From the human T2T-CHM13v2.0 reference genome, Homo sapiens, in the NCBI GenBank assembly GCA_009914755.4, contig CP068257.2:24608001-24672000 (forward strand): a stretch of DNA of 64,000 bases. The letters run 5' to 3'. Positions 41,945 to 53,540 of the stretch are shown piece after piece (position 1 is the stretch's first letter; every line of letters starts with the position of its first letter). A program made the translations under genes and the position numbers. The notes beneath the pieces are model-generated. The model did no database searches, was not told the origin of the DNA, and saw nothing but the letters and a program-made list of their open reading frames with translations.

Positions 41945-44900
41945 GAGGTTATGAGTAGAAACCAGAGCAGAGTTTTGGCTGTGAAAGAAAGTAAGTCAGT
42001 GTGACATTACTGCAATGCTGCAGAGATAGACCCCTATCATGTAATCACAGTCTGACAAGATGTGTACAGAATGCAGATGAGCTGGAGTACTTGTCACATG
42101 ATGACCGGCTGCAAAGGTGTTTCTCTTGGGGTGACAGCAGAACCATTAACTTTACTTTCTCTGAAATCATCTTTTTTTTGGGGGGGTAGTTAGCTAGTTA
42201 CTTCAATAGAATAAAAAGAATGAAAACTCATTTAGCGATATAATTACTAAATTATTGGGCATATGTCTCTTTAAAAATGTAATGCAAAGCCATTCTTGTG
42301 AAATAGTGTTTTTGGTGCCCCCACCCCATACACCGTTAAAGATTAAGTTGTCTAAGCAAGAAAAGGTGTTAACATTTTTGCCAGAGACCCCTGGGAATCA
42401 ATATATTTTTGTTCCAAGTCACCTTGTATTGTAGTTCTCTCTGGATATTTGGAGAAAGAGGAGATAGCTAGATTAAAGAACTTTTGTGGTGAAAATTACT
42501 CCACTTGAAGGCTTGTCTCTATCTTTTCTGCTTCAGAACTTTATGTTGATTTTGTGTGTCGGCTTGCATTTTTAAAAACTATAATATGGAATAGAACTAC
42601 ATTTAAATCAGGGAAAAAAGATACATATGTGGTTTTGAAATTTCTAAAATTTTGCATTTGGATAGTTCCTCTGCAGTTGCTCAGTTAACATATTTTCTTT
42701 TTCTATAAATAAAATGACTTGCGATCTTCTCTCTATTCTAGGAAGTCTCAAAGCTATTCCCAAGGAGTAAATCTTGACAGAAAAAGAAAAGCAAATTTTT
42801 GGGGGGAAAATTGTGAAAAAGAGTATTAAATTATTTAAAAATAGACTGATCTGGAAATCATGGAGGAAATGATGTTTACACTGTGTTTAAAAAATAAAAA
42901 ACGACTCAGTGGATATGCATGGTCCTTTGCACTTAATAAGCTAAAGAGGTTCAGATGGAGGATGATACAGTATAATTAAAATAAAAGCGGGGAATGACCA
43001 CGAATCAGTCATGGTAAATCAAAAGAATAAAGACATGAAAAGACTTTTTGGTATATATCAAACCATTTTTGAAAAAGAATTATGTGGCTAGAGAGAGTAA
43101 CAGTGAAAAAGATATGTAGAAAAATTTCTAAAATATAAAAAATATTATGTTTACATAGCTGATAAGTTTTTATATAGTAAATATACTAATATCAGTGCCC
43201 TTCTCCTGGTTCCTTTGAATACAAGATTAATGCAAAATATTTTTTAAAAATGTATCCTCTTTTGAGCCAGTGAAAAGTGACACTTTTTTTTTAAACGAAG
43301 TCACTTAGAATTATGACCAGATGGTTAAAGAAGATAAATTTTAAGAGTTGATTTTTCAAATTTTAAAGGAAACTGCTGTTGGTTTTCAGTGTGGTTCAGT
43401 GAGCTTCATAGTGCACATTTGCATATGAAAAATGCTTCCATAATATTGTATTTAATTTACTGGCAAACGGCTCGAATATATATTGTGGGTTTACAATGCC
43501 AAAATACCCAGTTGATTTGATAAAGCTACAAGTAAATTTTGGAGTTGAAGAGAAGGGAGTAATAAATCAGTTATCTGTCAACTTGCAGAACAAAGAAAAT
43601 ACTTACTTACTTCCCCATCCCCCCAACTCCTTTAAACTGGTTGAATTCATATTGTTTAGACAAAATGTGATTGCATTAGTGATTAGTTATTGATTAATCA
43701 TCTTATAAAGATTAAATTATTTGATTTCTTTAATTAGTTGATTTTTTAAAAATTGGCAGTGAAATCCTTGAAAAACATTAGACCTATGTAAATAGAGCCT
43801 GAGTACATACTCACATAATATTTAACCAATATTTGGACACACTACCAAGGCATCTTGTTAAGGTATTGAAATAATGACTGAATTCTCCAACCACTGAAAA
43901 AAATGAGTGATGGACTAATTATGTAAAAATGTCTTTTATCCTGCATGTGATTAAATTGGTCTGTTATTTGAATGAAGGAACAAACCTTTCTGGTCGTACT
44001 ATCCAAATCATTATCATGCAGGCACCATTTCTGTTATTTAAATGTAATTTTGTCAACTGTAGACATCATTGTTGCTTCTCCAGCATTAATTCCATTACTG
44101 CCCTGTGATAGAGCAGCTGCTGACCTGGATAATTGACATGATCTCCAGCTTCAGAAGCGGACTCTAATTGGCTCAGCCCAAAATGCAATCCCATCTCCTT
44201 GGTTCCAGTAATTGGTTCAGGAGTGTCACATGACATGAACTGTTCTAATCAGAGTGAAGACCATGATATTTATTCAAAGTTGTCTCTCCTTTTGTGTGGT
44301 GTGGTGTGTTGATGTGAGGCCTGGAATTGCTGTAGATACTTTGCTATCTAGTCTCAGGATAAAGCTGACACATCAGGGTGTGCGGAGAGATCAGTGAATT
44401 ACAGAGAAATAGACGGGAGCCCTGATCAAACCATGCCAGAAGCCTAAAGGTCTTTTGAACTTCATTAGCTGATGCATTCCATTTATTATTATTCAGTTCA
44501 TTTATTTTATCTCTATATATCATATATAAATATAATAAACTTATACTATGTTATAAATGTTTATTATATTTATATAACTTATTACATTATGTTATAAATA
44601 TTTACTATATTTATTAGTCAGTTTGTGTTGGGCCCTTTAGTATGTACAAATGAAATCATCCTAAGAGTTTCAACGACTCAACAGCACCATGGCCAGGACC
44701 TATTATTGGTCCTTCATCTTCACTTCCCTACACAAAATCACTAATATGAGATTCTTTTCTCTTCTAGCTGCTTCTAAGTTGAGTTTGAGGTACAGCGAGG
44801 TGTGAAGGTAAAGAAAGCTCTCCATACCTTAGCTTTGAATAAACCTTCAAATATTTGGATGTAGTATAATTTATTTAACTCTTTATTTTGAAATAATTAT

Positions 44901-45014
44901 AGATCTATAAGAAACTGCAAAAATAGCACCTAGAGTGCCTCGAATCCTTCCCTTCATTACCCTCAATGGTGAATAATATATAATCACAGTTCAATATCAA
45001 AGCAAGAAAACTGA

Positions 45015-45398
<384 letters not shown>

Positions 45399-45699
45399 CA
45401 ATGTTTATTTTTTAGTAGAATGATTTTTGTTTTGAGAGAAGTTTTGAAATAAACACTAATAATTCATTCATTCTTATAGCTGGGACATTCATTTTAGTAG
45501 GTTAGCATATATATGCTATATATATGTATATATGTGTGTATATATATACATGCCATACATATGTATATATGTTAGTACACACATGCCTTCATGCAAAGAT
45601 ACATATATCTATTTAGAGGATCAGAGTATTATTCAAATATTTAGATTAATACATTGTAAATAGTTGTAGCTTTTTTTGGACATATTACTAAGCACATCT

Positions 45700-46428
<729 letters not shown>

Positions 46429-46449
46429 TATCTCACTGAGTTTTAAAAA

Positions 46450-47012
46450 TATCACTGTATTTTATATTCCTTTCAGTATACATACCCACCAATGGGATTG
46501 CTGGGTCAAATGTTAGTTGTTTTAGGTTCTTTGAGAATTTTCCAAACTGCTTTTCACAGTGGCTGAACTAATTTACATTCACACCAGAAGTGTATAAGCA
46601 TTATACTTTCTCAGTAACCTTCTTAACATCTTATTTTTTGAGTTTCTAATAATTGTCATTTTGACTGGTGTGAGATAGTATCTCATGGTTTTGATTTGCA
46701 TTTCTCTAATGATTAGTGATGTTGAGTATTTTTTTGTATACTTATTCACCATGTGTATGTCCACTTCTGAGAAGTGTCTGTTCATGTCTGTTTCCCATTT
46801 TTAAATGGGGTTGTTTGTTCTTTGCTTGTTAATTGGCTTACATTCCTTATAGACTCTTGATATTAGACCTCTGTTAATGTATAGTTTGCAAATATTTTCT
46901 CTTATTCTGTAATTTGTCTGTTTACTCTGTTGATAGTTTCTTTTGCTGTGCAGAGCTCTTTAATTAGGTTCCATTTTTTCTTGATATTGCTTTTGGAGAC
47001 TTATAAATCATT
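46450..47012 (-). mobile_element. Inverted 5' segment of a twin-primed L1 (L1PB/L1PA-old-like): antisense copy of the ORF2 C-terminal region
   Basis: Antisense L1 ORF2 reads atacccaccaatgggattgctgggtcaaatg.tagtt (antisense L1 gggtagatacccagtagtgggattgctgggtcaaatggtag); cttttcacagtggctgaactaatttacattcacaccagaagtgtataagc (antisense L1 cttccacaatggttgaactagtttacagtcccaccaacagtgtaaaag); tggtgtgagatagtatctcatggttttgatttgcatttctctaatgattagtgatgttgagtattttttt...agaagtgtctgttcatgtc...ctgttgatagtttcttttgctgtgcagagctctttaattaggttcc. Confidence 0.8.
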
Positions 47013-47520
47013 CTACCAAAATGACACATGTACTTGTATATTCATTGCAGCACTACTCACAATAACAAAGGCATAGAATCAACCTAGATACCCATCAGTG
47101 GTGGTCTGGATAAAGAAAATATGGTACATATACACTATGGAATACTAAGCAATCACACATACACAAAAACAAAATCATGTCCTTTGCAGCAGCATAGATG
47201 CAGTTGGAATCCATTCTCCTAAGCAAACTAATGCAAGAACAGAAAACTAAATACCATGTGTTCTCACTTATAAGTGGGAGCTAAGCACTGAGTACACATG
47301 GACATAGTGTGTACTCAGGAATAATAGGCACCGGAGATTACTAAAGGAGGGAGAGAGGAGTGGGGCAAGGGCTGAAAAATTACCTGTTGGATACTATGGT
47401 CACTACCTGGGTGATGGGAGCATTTGTACCCAAAACTTCAGCATCACACAACATACCCATGTAAAAACCTGCACATGTACTCCCTGAATCTAAAATAAAA
47501 GTTGAAATTTTTTAAAAAAG
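47013..47520 (+). mobile_element. Sense 3' segment of the same twin-primed L1 (L1PB-like ORF2 end plus 3'UTR plus short A-rich tail). Its L1 coordinate begins where the inverted segment ends.
   Basis: Reads aaatgacacatgtacttgtatattcattgcagcactactcacaataacaaaggcatagaatcaacctagatacccatcagtggtggtctggataaagaaaatatggtacatatacactatggaatact...catgtgttctcacttataagtgggagctaagcactgagtacacatggacatag...ggcaccggagattactaaaggagggagagaggagtggggcaagggctgaaaaattacctgttggatactatggtcactacctgggtgatggg...cccatgtaaaaacctgcacatgtactccctgaatctaaaataaaagttgaaa. This matches the L1PB 3' end (...caaaaagacacctgcactcgtatgtttattgcagcactattcacaatagcaaagatatggaatcaacctaagtgtccatcaacggatgattggataaagaaaatgtggtacatatacaccatggaatactactcagcc...aacctgcacatgtacccc.gaacttaaaataaaagttaaaaa). 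Confidence 0.85.
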
Positions 47521-47544
47521 AATGAGTTCACCTAGGATATACTG

Positions 47545-48860
47545 CATTTTAAAATAATTTGATTTTTAAAAAATTTAATTTTTAAACTAATAGTAAAATT
47601 AACTATTTTTGGTGTACAGTTGAAACAATTTTAACACATAAACAGATTTGAATTCCCATATTATAATCTGGATGAGAAGTTTTACTACCCTAGAAATTTC
47701 CCTTTTGCTCTTCCTTTGTAGTCACCCCTTCACCTCTCCTCCATCCTCTCAACCCTTGGCAAATACTGACCTATTTTCTGTCACTCTAGTTTTGTGTTTT
47801 AAAGAATGTCATCTAAACAGAATTATAAAGTGTGTACACTTTTGAGACTTGACTTTTTTCACTAGGCATGTTTTTGACATTCATTCAAGTTGTTGCATAT
47901 AAAAGTAGTTCATTCTTTTTTATTGCTGAGTAGTATTCCATTCTATGGATGTATCACAGTTTGTTTATTCATTGATTTATTGAAGTGCATTTGCGTTTTT
48001 TCCCAGTTTTTGGTGATTATCACTAGAACTGCTATGAGATTCATGTGCAGATTTTATTGTGAACAAAAGTTTTGATTTCTCTGATTTAAATTCCCAGGAA
48101 TGCAATTGCTTAATCATATGGTAAGTATGTGTAATTTTATAAAAAAATGTTAAGTTGTTTTCAAGAGTGACTTTACCATTTTGCATTCCTGCCAGCAATA
48201 TACAAGAGTTACAGATGGTCTGTCTCCTTGTCAAATAAAATTGTTTATTTTTAGCCATTCTAATAGATGTGTGGTGATATCTGCTAGTGATTTTAATTTG
48301 CATATCCCTAACAACTAATGATCAATGTTAAATATCTTTTCATGTTCTTTTGAATCATCTGTATACCTTCTTTGGTGAAGTTTCTGTTCAAGTCTTTGAG
48401 TTTTAAAATTGGATTATTTTCATACTGGTGAGTTTACAAGGTTCTTTATATGTTCTGGATACAAGTACTTGTTGGATATGATTTTCAATATTTTCTCTTA
48501 GTCTGTAGCTTATCTTTTTAGCCTCTTAGTGGTGTTTTTCACAGAGTGAAAGTGTTTAATTTTGATGAAATATGGTTTATGAGTTTGTTTCTTGTTGGAC
48601 TAATGCTTTTGATATAATGCCAAAGGACACTTTGGCTAATTGAGGTGATAAAGATTTTCTCCAATTTTTTGAAATGTTCTATAGTTTTACACTTTGATTT
48701 AGGTCCATGATTTTTTTAAGTTCGATTTTCTGTGAGGTATAAGGTTTAAGCTGAGGTTCATTTTTTATGTATGTATGTACAATTTGTCCAATCGTTTGTG
48801 GAAATGATGATCTTTTCACGATTTGATTGCCTTTCCACTTTTGTAAAAGAAATCAGTTGG
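47545..48860 (-). mobile_element. L1M-like element, antisense: complete 3' end (A-rich tail as T-rich on + strand at ~47545) through the ORF2 C-terminal region, 5'-truncated near 48860
   Basis: Antisense L1M 3'UTR/ORF2 reads ...cccttcacctctcctccatcctctcaacccttggcaaatactgacctattttctgtcactctag...ttgcatataaaagtagttcattcttttttattgctgagtagtattccattctatggatgtatcacagtttgtttattcattgatttattgaagtgcatttgcgttttttcccagtttttggtgattatcactagaactgctatgagattcatgtgcagattttattgtgaacaaaagtttt...aggaatgcaattgcttaatcatatggtaagtatg...attttgcattcctgccagcaatatacaagagttacag...tttagccattctaatagatgtgtggtgatatctgctagtgattttaatttgcatatccctaacaactaatgatcaatgttaaatatcttttcatgttc...ttctttggtgaagtttctgttcaagtctttg. Confidence 0.75.
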
Positions 48861-48889
48861 CTCAAGGGAATGAAAAGACAAACCACAAA

Positions 48890-50045
48890 TTAGGAGAAAA
48901 TATTTGCAAAAATATACCTGATAAAGGACTGTTTCCCATAATATACAAATAACTTAAAATTCAATGATAAGAAAAAATAAAGTCAATAAAGAATATATTG
49001 ATGGAAAATGAACAGAGGAAAAGATGTTTTGTATCATGTATCATTTGGGAATTGCAAATTAAAACCATGAGATACGGCTCTACATCTGTTCCCTGTCACT
49101 ATAGACACCTATTAGAACAGCTGAGATTCAAAACACTGAACGCAAATGCTGGTGAGGATGTGGTGTAACAGGGATGCTCATTCATTCATTTCTGGTCAGA
49201 ATGCAAAGTGGTACAAGCCACTTTTCAAGATAGTTTAGTAGTTTTTCACAAACCTAAATGTACTTTTATCATACAGCCTAGCAGTTGTGCTCTTGGTATT
49301 TATAGAAATGAATTGAAAACTTATATCCACACAAAAGCATGTACACAGATGTTTTTAGCAAGTTTCTTCATAATTACCAAAACTTGGTAGCAAATAATTT
49401 TTTTTTTTGACAGAGTCTCGCTCTGTCACCCAGGATAGAGTACAGTGGTGCGATCTCAGCTCACTGCAATTTCCATCTCCCAGGTTCAAGCAATTCTGCC
49501 TCAGCCTCCCAAGTAGCTTGGATTACAGGAGCACGCCACCATGCCTGCTAATTTTTGTATTTTTAGTGGAGATGGGGTTTCACCATGTTGGCCAGCCTGG
49601 TCTCAAACTCTTGACCTCAGGTGATCCACCCGCCTCAGCCTCACAAAGTGCTGAGATTACAAGCGTGAGCCACCATGCCCCAGCCCCAAGTGTTTTTTAA
49701 TAGTGAGTAGATAAATAAACCGTGGTATATTCAGGAAATGGAAATTTATTCCGCGTTGAAAAGAAATGAGCTATCAAGCCATGAAAAGATATGGAGGAAA
49801 CTTAAATGCATATTACAAAGTTAAAGAAGCCCATATTAAAGTGTTACTTGTTGCAGAGGGTCCAACTATATGACATTCTAGAAAAGGAAAAACTATGGAG
49901 ACAATAAAAATATCAGTGGTGCCAGGGGCTTGTGGGTGTAGAGATAGATGAACAAACAGAGCACAGAGAATTTTTAGAAAAAAAACGAATTGTCCATATA
50001 TGTGGGAGTCTACTTCTGGATTCCATTCTGTTTTATTGCTTTATG
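48890..50045 (+). mobile_element. L1M-like element, sense: ORF2 C-terminal region plus 3'UTR, interrupted by an Alu at 49398-49686. Sits head-to-head with the antisense L1M to its left.
   Basis: Sense L1M reads aaaccacaaattaggagaaaatatttgcaaaaatatacctgataaaggactgtttcccataatatacaaataacttaaaattcaatgataagaaaaaataaagtcaataaag...aaatgaacagaggaaaagatgttttgtatcatgtatcatttgggaattgcaaattaaaaccatgagatacggctctacatctgttccctgtcactatagacacctattagaacagctgagattcaaaacactgaacgcaaatgctggtgaggatgtggtgtaacagggatgctcattcattcatt...gtacaagccacttttcaagatagtttagtagtttttcacaaacctaaatgtacttttatcatacagcctagcagttgtgctcttggtatttatagaaatgaattgaaaacttatatccacacaaaagcatgtacacagatgtttttagcaagtttcttcataattaccaaaacttggtagc. After the Alu it continues with the 3'UTR (...catattacaaagttaaagaagcc...ggtgccaggggcttgtgggtg...). 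Confidence 0.75.
49398..49686 (-). mobile_element. Alu SINE (AluS-like), minus orientation, nested in L1M
   Basis: Reads tttttttttgacagagtctcgctctgtcacccaggatagagtacagtggtgcgatctcagctcactgcaatttccatctcccaggttcaagcaattctgcctcagcctcccaagtagcttggattacaggagcacgccaccatgcctgctaatttttgtatttttagtggagatggggtttcaccatgttggccagcctggtctcaaactcttgacctcaggtgatccacccgcctcagcctcacaaagtgctgagattacaagcgtgagccaccatgccccagcc. Confidence 0.9.
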
Positions 50046-50052
50046 GTTTTTT

Positions 50053-50359
50053 TGTTTTTTGTTTTTTTTTTTTTTTGATGGAGTCCCACTCTGTCACCCA
50101 GGCTGGAGTGCAATGACACGATCTCTGCTCACTGCAACCTCTGCCTCCTGGGTTTAAGCAATTCTCTTGCCGCAGCCTCTTGAGTAGCTGGGATTACAGG
50201 CACCTGCCACCATACCTGGCTAATTTTTTTTGTATTTTTAGTAAAGATGGGGTCTCACCATGTTGGCTAGGCTGGTGTTGAACTCCTGACCTCAGGTAAT
50301 ACGCCGCCTCGGCCTCTCAAAATGCTGGGATTACAGGTGTGAGCCACCATGCCCAGCCT
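50053..50359 (-). mobile_element. Alu SINE (AluS-like), minus orientation, inserted at the A-tail end of the L1M
   Basis: Reads tttttgttttttgttttttttttttttttgatggagtcccactctgtcacccaggctggagtgcaatgacacgatctctgctcactgcaacctctgcctcctgggtttaagcaattctcttgccgcagcctcttgagtagctgggattacaggcacctgccaccatacctggctaattttttttgtatttttagtaaagatggggtctcaccatgttggctaggctggtgttgaactcctgacctcaggtaatacgccgcctcggcctctcaaaatgctgggattacaggtgtgagccaccatgcccagcc. Confidence 0.9.
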
Positions 50360-50629
50360 GTTTTATGTTTTTATCCCTCCACCAATAGCATAAGACAGCT
50401 TTATAGTTAGTCAGCCTATTTCATAATATAGCTTTATAGTAGGATGTCTATAGTAGTGTTCTTGGTGTTGCGGGTTACTTTCAATTGTTCCTTTAATGTG
50501 AAGTTTTGTATCACTTCTTCTAAGTCATCTTCATCCTTTTTGTCACTACTACATTCCTTATTTATGTCAATAGGTTTACCTTCTATCAGTTCTTCTGGCT
50601 GCATATCTGGAGTTCCTTGAAAGCAACAG

Positions 50630-51010
50630 TGTATTAATCTGTTCTCACACTGCTATAAAGAACTACCTGAGACTGGGTAATTTATGAAGAAAAGAGGTTT
50701 AATTGACTCACAGTTCTGCTGGCTTAACAGGAAGCATGATTGAGGGCTTCAGGAAACTTACAGTCATGGCAGAAGGTGAAGGGGAAGGAATCACGTTCTT
50801 CACATGGCAGCAGGAGAAAGAGAGCAAAGGGGGAAGTGCTACACACTTTCAAACAACCAGATCTCGTGAGAACTCATTCACTATCACAAGAACAGCAAGG
50901 GGGAAGTCTGCCTCCATGATTCAATCACCTCCCACCAGGTCCCTCCTCCAACACATGGGGATTACAATTTGATATGAGATTGGGGTGGGGACACAGAGTG
51001 AAACCATATA
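50630..51010 (-). mobile_element. MaLR THE1-like LTR copy 1, reverse orientation
   Basis: Reads tgtattaatctgttctcacactgctataaagaactacctgagactgggtaatttatgaagaaaagaggtttaattgactcacagttctgctggcttaacaggaagcatgattgagggcttcaggaaacttacagtcatggcagaaggtgaagggg...atctcgtgagaactcattcactatcacaagaacagcaagggggaagtctgcctccatgattcaatcacctcccaccaggtccctcctccaacacatggggattacaatttgatatgagattggggtggggacacagagtgaaaccatata. This is the reverse complement of THE1 (tgatatggtttggctgtgtcccc...agactaataca). Confidence 0.75.
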
Positions 51011-51385
51011 AAGCAGTATCAACATTCTATCGTCAGCTATTTCCTCTATAACTCCATCTGTGTTGCATTCAGATTTAACTTCTTTCTGTGCTTTCATTTT
51101 TGTTGGACAATTTTCTCTTTTCATTATCCATTAAAAAAAGTCACATGGGTTTATCACTAAGGGGACCAGGAGACAACATGACTACATGCTCTGCTATCTG
51201 TGCATGAATTGCATAATGTACAGTGATAATCACTGATAGATATTAAAATAAGTTATTGATTAGTCATGTATCATGATGCATATCTGTTATTATGTAGTGA
51301 TTTGTGGACTAAAATGCTGGAAGCAAAACTTGTACTTTATGAAATTATTCACATGTATACCATAGTAACTGAAATTTGAACAGAA

Positions 51386-51728
51386 TGATATGATTTGGCT
51401 CTGTCCCCACCCAATCTCATCTTAAATTCCCACGCATTGTGAGAGGGACCCAGTGAGAGGTAATTGAATCATGGGGGGAGGTCTTTCCTGTGCTGTTCTC
51501 CTGATAGTGAATAAGTCTCATGAGATCCGATAACTATTTAAGGGGGAGTTTCTCTGCACAAGCTCTCTTCTCTTCTCTGCCACCATGTGAGACATGACTT
51601 TCACCTTCTGCCATGATTGTGAGGCCTCCCCAGCCACATGGAACTGTAAGTCCATTAAACCTCTTTCTTTTGTAAATTTCCCAGTCTCACGTATGTCTTT
51701 ATCAGCAGTGTGAAAACAGACAAATACA
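51386..51728 (+). mobile_element. MaLR THE1-like LTR copy 2, forward orientation
   Basis: Reads tgatatgatttggctctgtccccacccaatctcatcttaaattcccacgcattgtgagagggacccagtgagaggtaattgaatcatggggggaggtctttcctgtgctgttctcctgatagtgaataagtctcatgagatccgataactatttaagggggagtttctctgcacaagctctcttctcttctctgccaccatgtgagacatgactttcaccttctgccatgattgtgaggcctccccagccacatggaactgtaagtccattaaacctctttcttttgtaaatttcccagtctcacgtatgtctttatcagcagtgtgaaaacagacaaataca. Confidence 0.75.
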
Positions 51729-52103
51729 GTAGCTAATGCAGTGTTCGGAGGGAAATTTATGGCAATAAATGCTCACACCCACAGACCAAGAACAGCTGAC
51801 TTTGAACACTGTTCACACAAAGACTTTGAACAGCTCCAATATACATGACTTTCAGCTACCACTGTTTAATTAAATGTATCAGTCTCTCAACAATACTGTT
51901 CAAATTTCAGTTACTATAGTGTACATGTTGTTAATAATTCCATAAAGTACAAGTTCTCTAGGGAGTTCCAAACTTTCCCACATTTTGCTGTCTTCTGAGC
52001 CCTCCAAACTGTTGCAACCTCTGCCTGTTACCCAGTTCCAAAGTTGCCTCCACATTTTTTGGGATCTTTTCAGTAGCATCCCTCTCTACTGGCACCAATT
52101 TAC

Positions 52104-52415
52104 TGTATTAGTCTGCTTTCACACTGCTGATAAAGACATACTCGAGACTGAGCAATTTACAAAAGAAAGAGGTTTAATGGACTTACAGTTCCATGTGCCT
52201 GGAGAGGCCTCACAATCATGGTGGAAGGTGAAAGGCATGTCTCACACGGCAGCAGACAAAAGAAGACAGCTTATGCAGGGAAACTCCCCCTTATGTAATC
52301 ATCAGATCTAGTGAGACTTATTCACTATCATGAGAACAACACAGGAAAGACCTGCCCCATGATCCAATTACCTCCCACCGGGTCCCTCCCACAACATGTG
52401 GGAATTCAAGAATAT
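52104..52415 (-). mobile_element. MaLR THE1-like LTR copy 3, reverse orientation, truncated at its far end
   Basis: Reads tgtattagtctgctttcacactgctgataaagacatactcgagactgagcaatttacaaaagaaagaggtttaatggacttacagttccatgtgcctggagaggcctcacaatcatggtggaaggtgaaaggcatgtctcacacggcagcagacaaaagaagacagcttatgcagggaaactcccccttatgtaatcatcagatctagtgagacttattcactatcatgagaacaacacaggaaagacctgccccatgatccaattacctcccaccgggtccctcccacaacatgtgggaatt. Confidence 0.7.
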
Positions 52416-52429
52416 CAGCTACACTTGCA

Positions 52430-53540
52430 AATTTTGATATGCTATATTTTCATTGTTGTTCACTTCAAATTATTTTATAATTTTCCTTGAGATTTTTTTT
52501 CACCCATGGTTTACTTGGAAGTTTGTCTTTTAATTTCTAAAGGTGTATAATTTTTCCTACTATATTTCTGTTATTTCTAATTTAATTCCATTATTTCAGA
52601 GAACATTCTTCGTATGATTTAAGTTCTTTGAATTTGTTAAGGTGTATTTTATAACCCTGGATATAGTCTATTTTTTTTTATCTGTTCCATGTGCATAGAA
52701 AGAAAATCTATTCTGCTGTTGTTTGGTAGAATGTTTTATAAATGTCACTTAATTACAGTTGTTAGATGGTGTTGGTCAGTTCTTTTATATCCTTGATGAC
52801 TTTCTGTCTACTATGTCTATTGCTTGACGATAGAGGGGTTTTGAAGACTCCAATTATAATTGTGGACTTACCTATTTATTCTTTCAGTTCTGTCAGTTTC
52901 TGCTTCTTGTATTTTGAAGCTCTGTTCTTAGTTGCATACATGTTTAGGATTGTATTGTCTTTGGGGTGAATGAACTCTTTTATCATTATGTAATTTGCCT
53001 TTCTATCCCTGATTTTTTAAATCTCTGAGTCTATTTTTTCTAATGTTAAGTCTACTACTCCAGCTTTATTTTGATTAGTAGTTTCATGATTTATCTGTTG
53101 TTTCACTTTTAAATGACATAGTTCATTAAAATGAGTTTCTTGGAGACAGCATGTTATTAGACCATTAAAAAATCTGTTCTGACAACTTCCATATTTTAAG
53201 TGACATACTTGGATCACTTATATTTAGTGTAATTTATTGATGTATTTGGGTTTAGGTTTACCATTTATTATTTGTTTTATTCTATTTCTAGTCTTTGTAT
53301 TCTTGCTTCGCTTTCCCTGCTTTATTGTGTCTTATCTGAACATTTAAAAATTCAGTTTAGTTCATCCAATGTATTTTTACTATTTTTTACATAGTTTATT
53401 TTATGATTGCTGTAGAAATTATAATATGCATGCTTAAGTTTTTGCAGTCTACTTAGAACCATTTTTTTCCTACTTCAGACGGGATTCAGACAACATCACA
53501 TAGGTTCTAAAATGATTGCTTTTAAAAAAACTGGATCTTT
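52430..53540 (-). mobile_element. L1 (L1P-like) antisense fragment covering the ORF1/ORF2 junction region
   Basis: Antisense L1 reads ccaattataattgtggacttacctatttattctttcagttctgtcagtttctgcttcttgtattttgaagctctgttcttagttgcatacatgtttaggattgtattgtctttggggtgaatgaactcttttatcattatgtaatttgcctttctatccctg. Compare antisense L1 cccattattattgtatgggagtctaagtctctttgtaagtctctaagaacttgctttatgaatctgggtgctcctgtattgggtgcgtatatatttaggatagttagctcttcctgttgaattgatccctttaccattatgtaatggccttctttgtctctt. Confidence 0.6.

Noticed and set aside
44480-44620. AT-rich imperfect ~40-bp tandem duplication (acttatactatgttataaatgtttattatatttatata / acttattacattatgttataaatatttactatatttatta)
   Set aside because: This is low-complexity AT-rich sequence with a small local duplication and no further structure.
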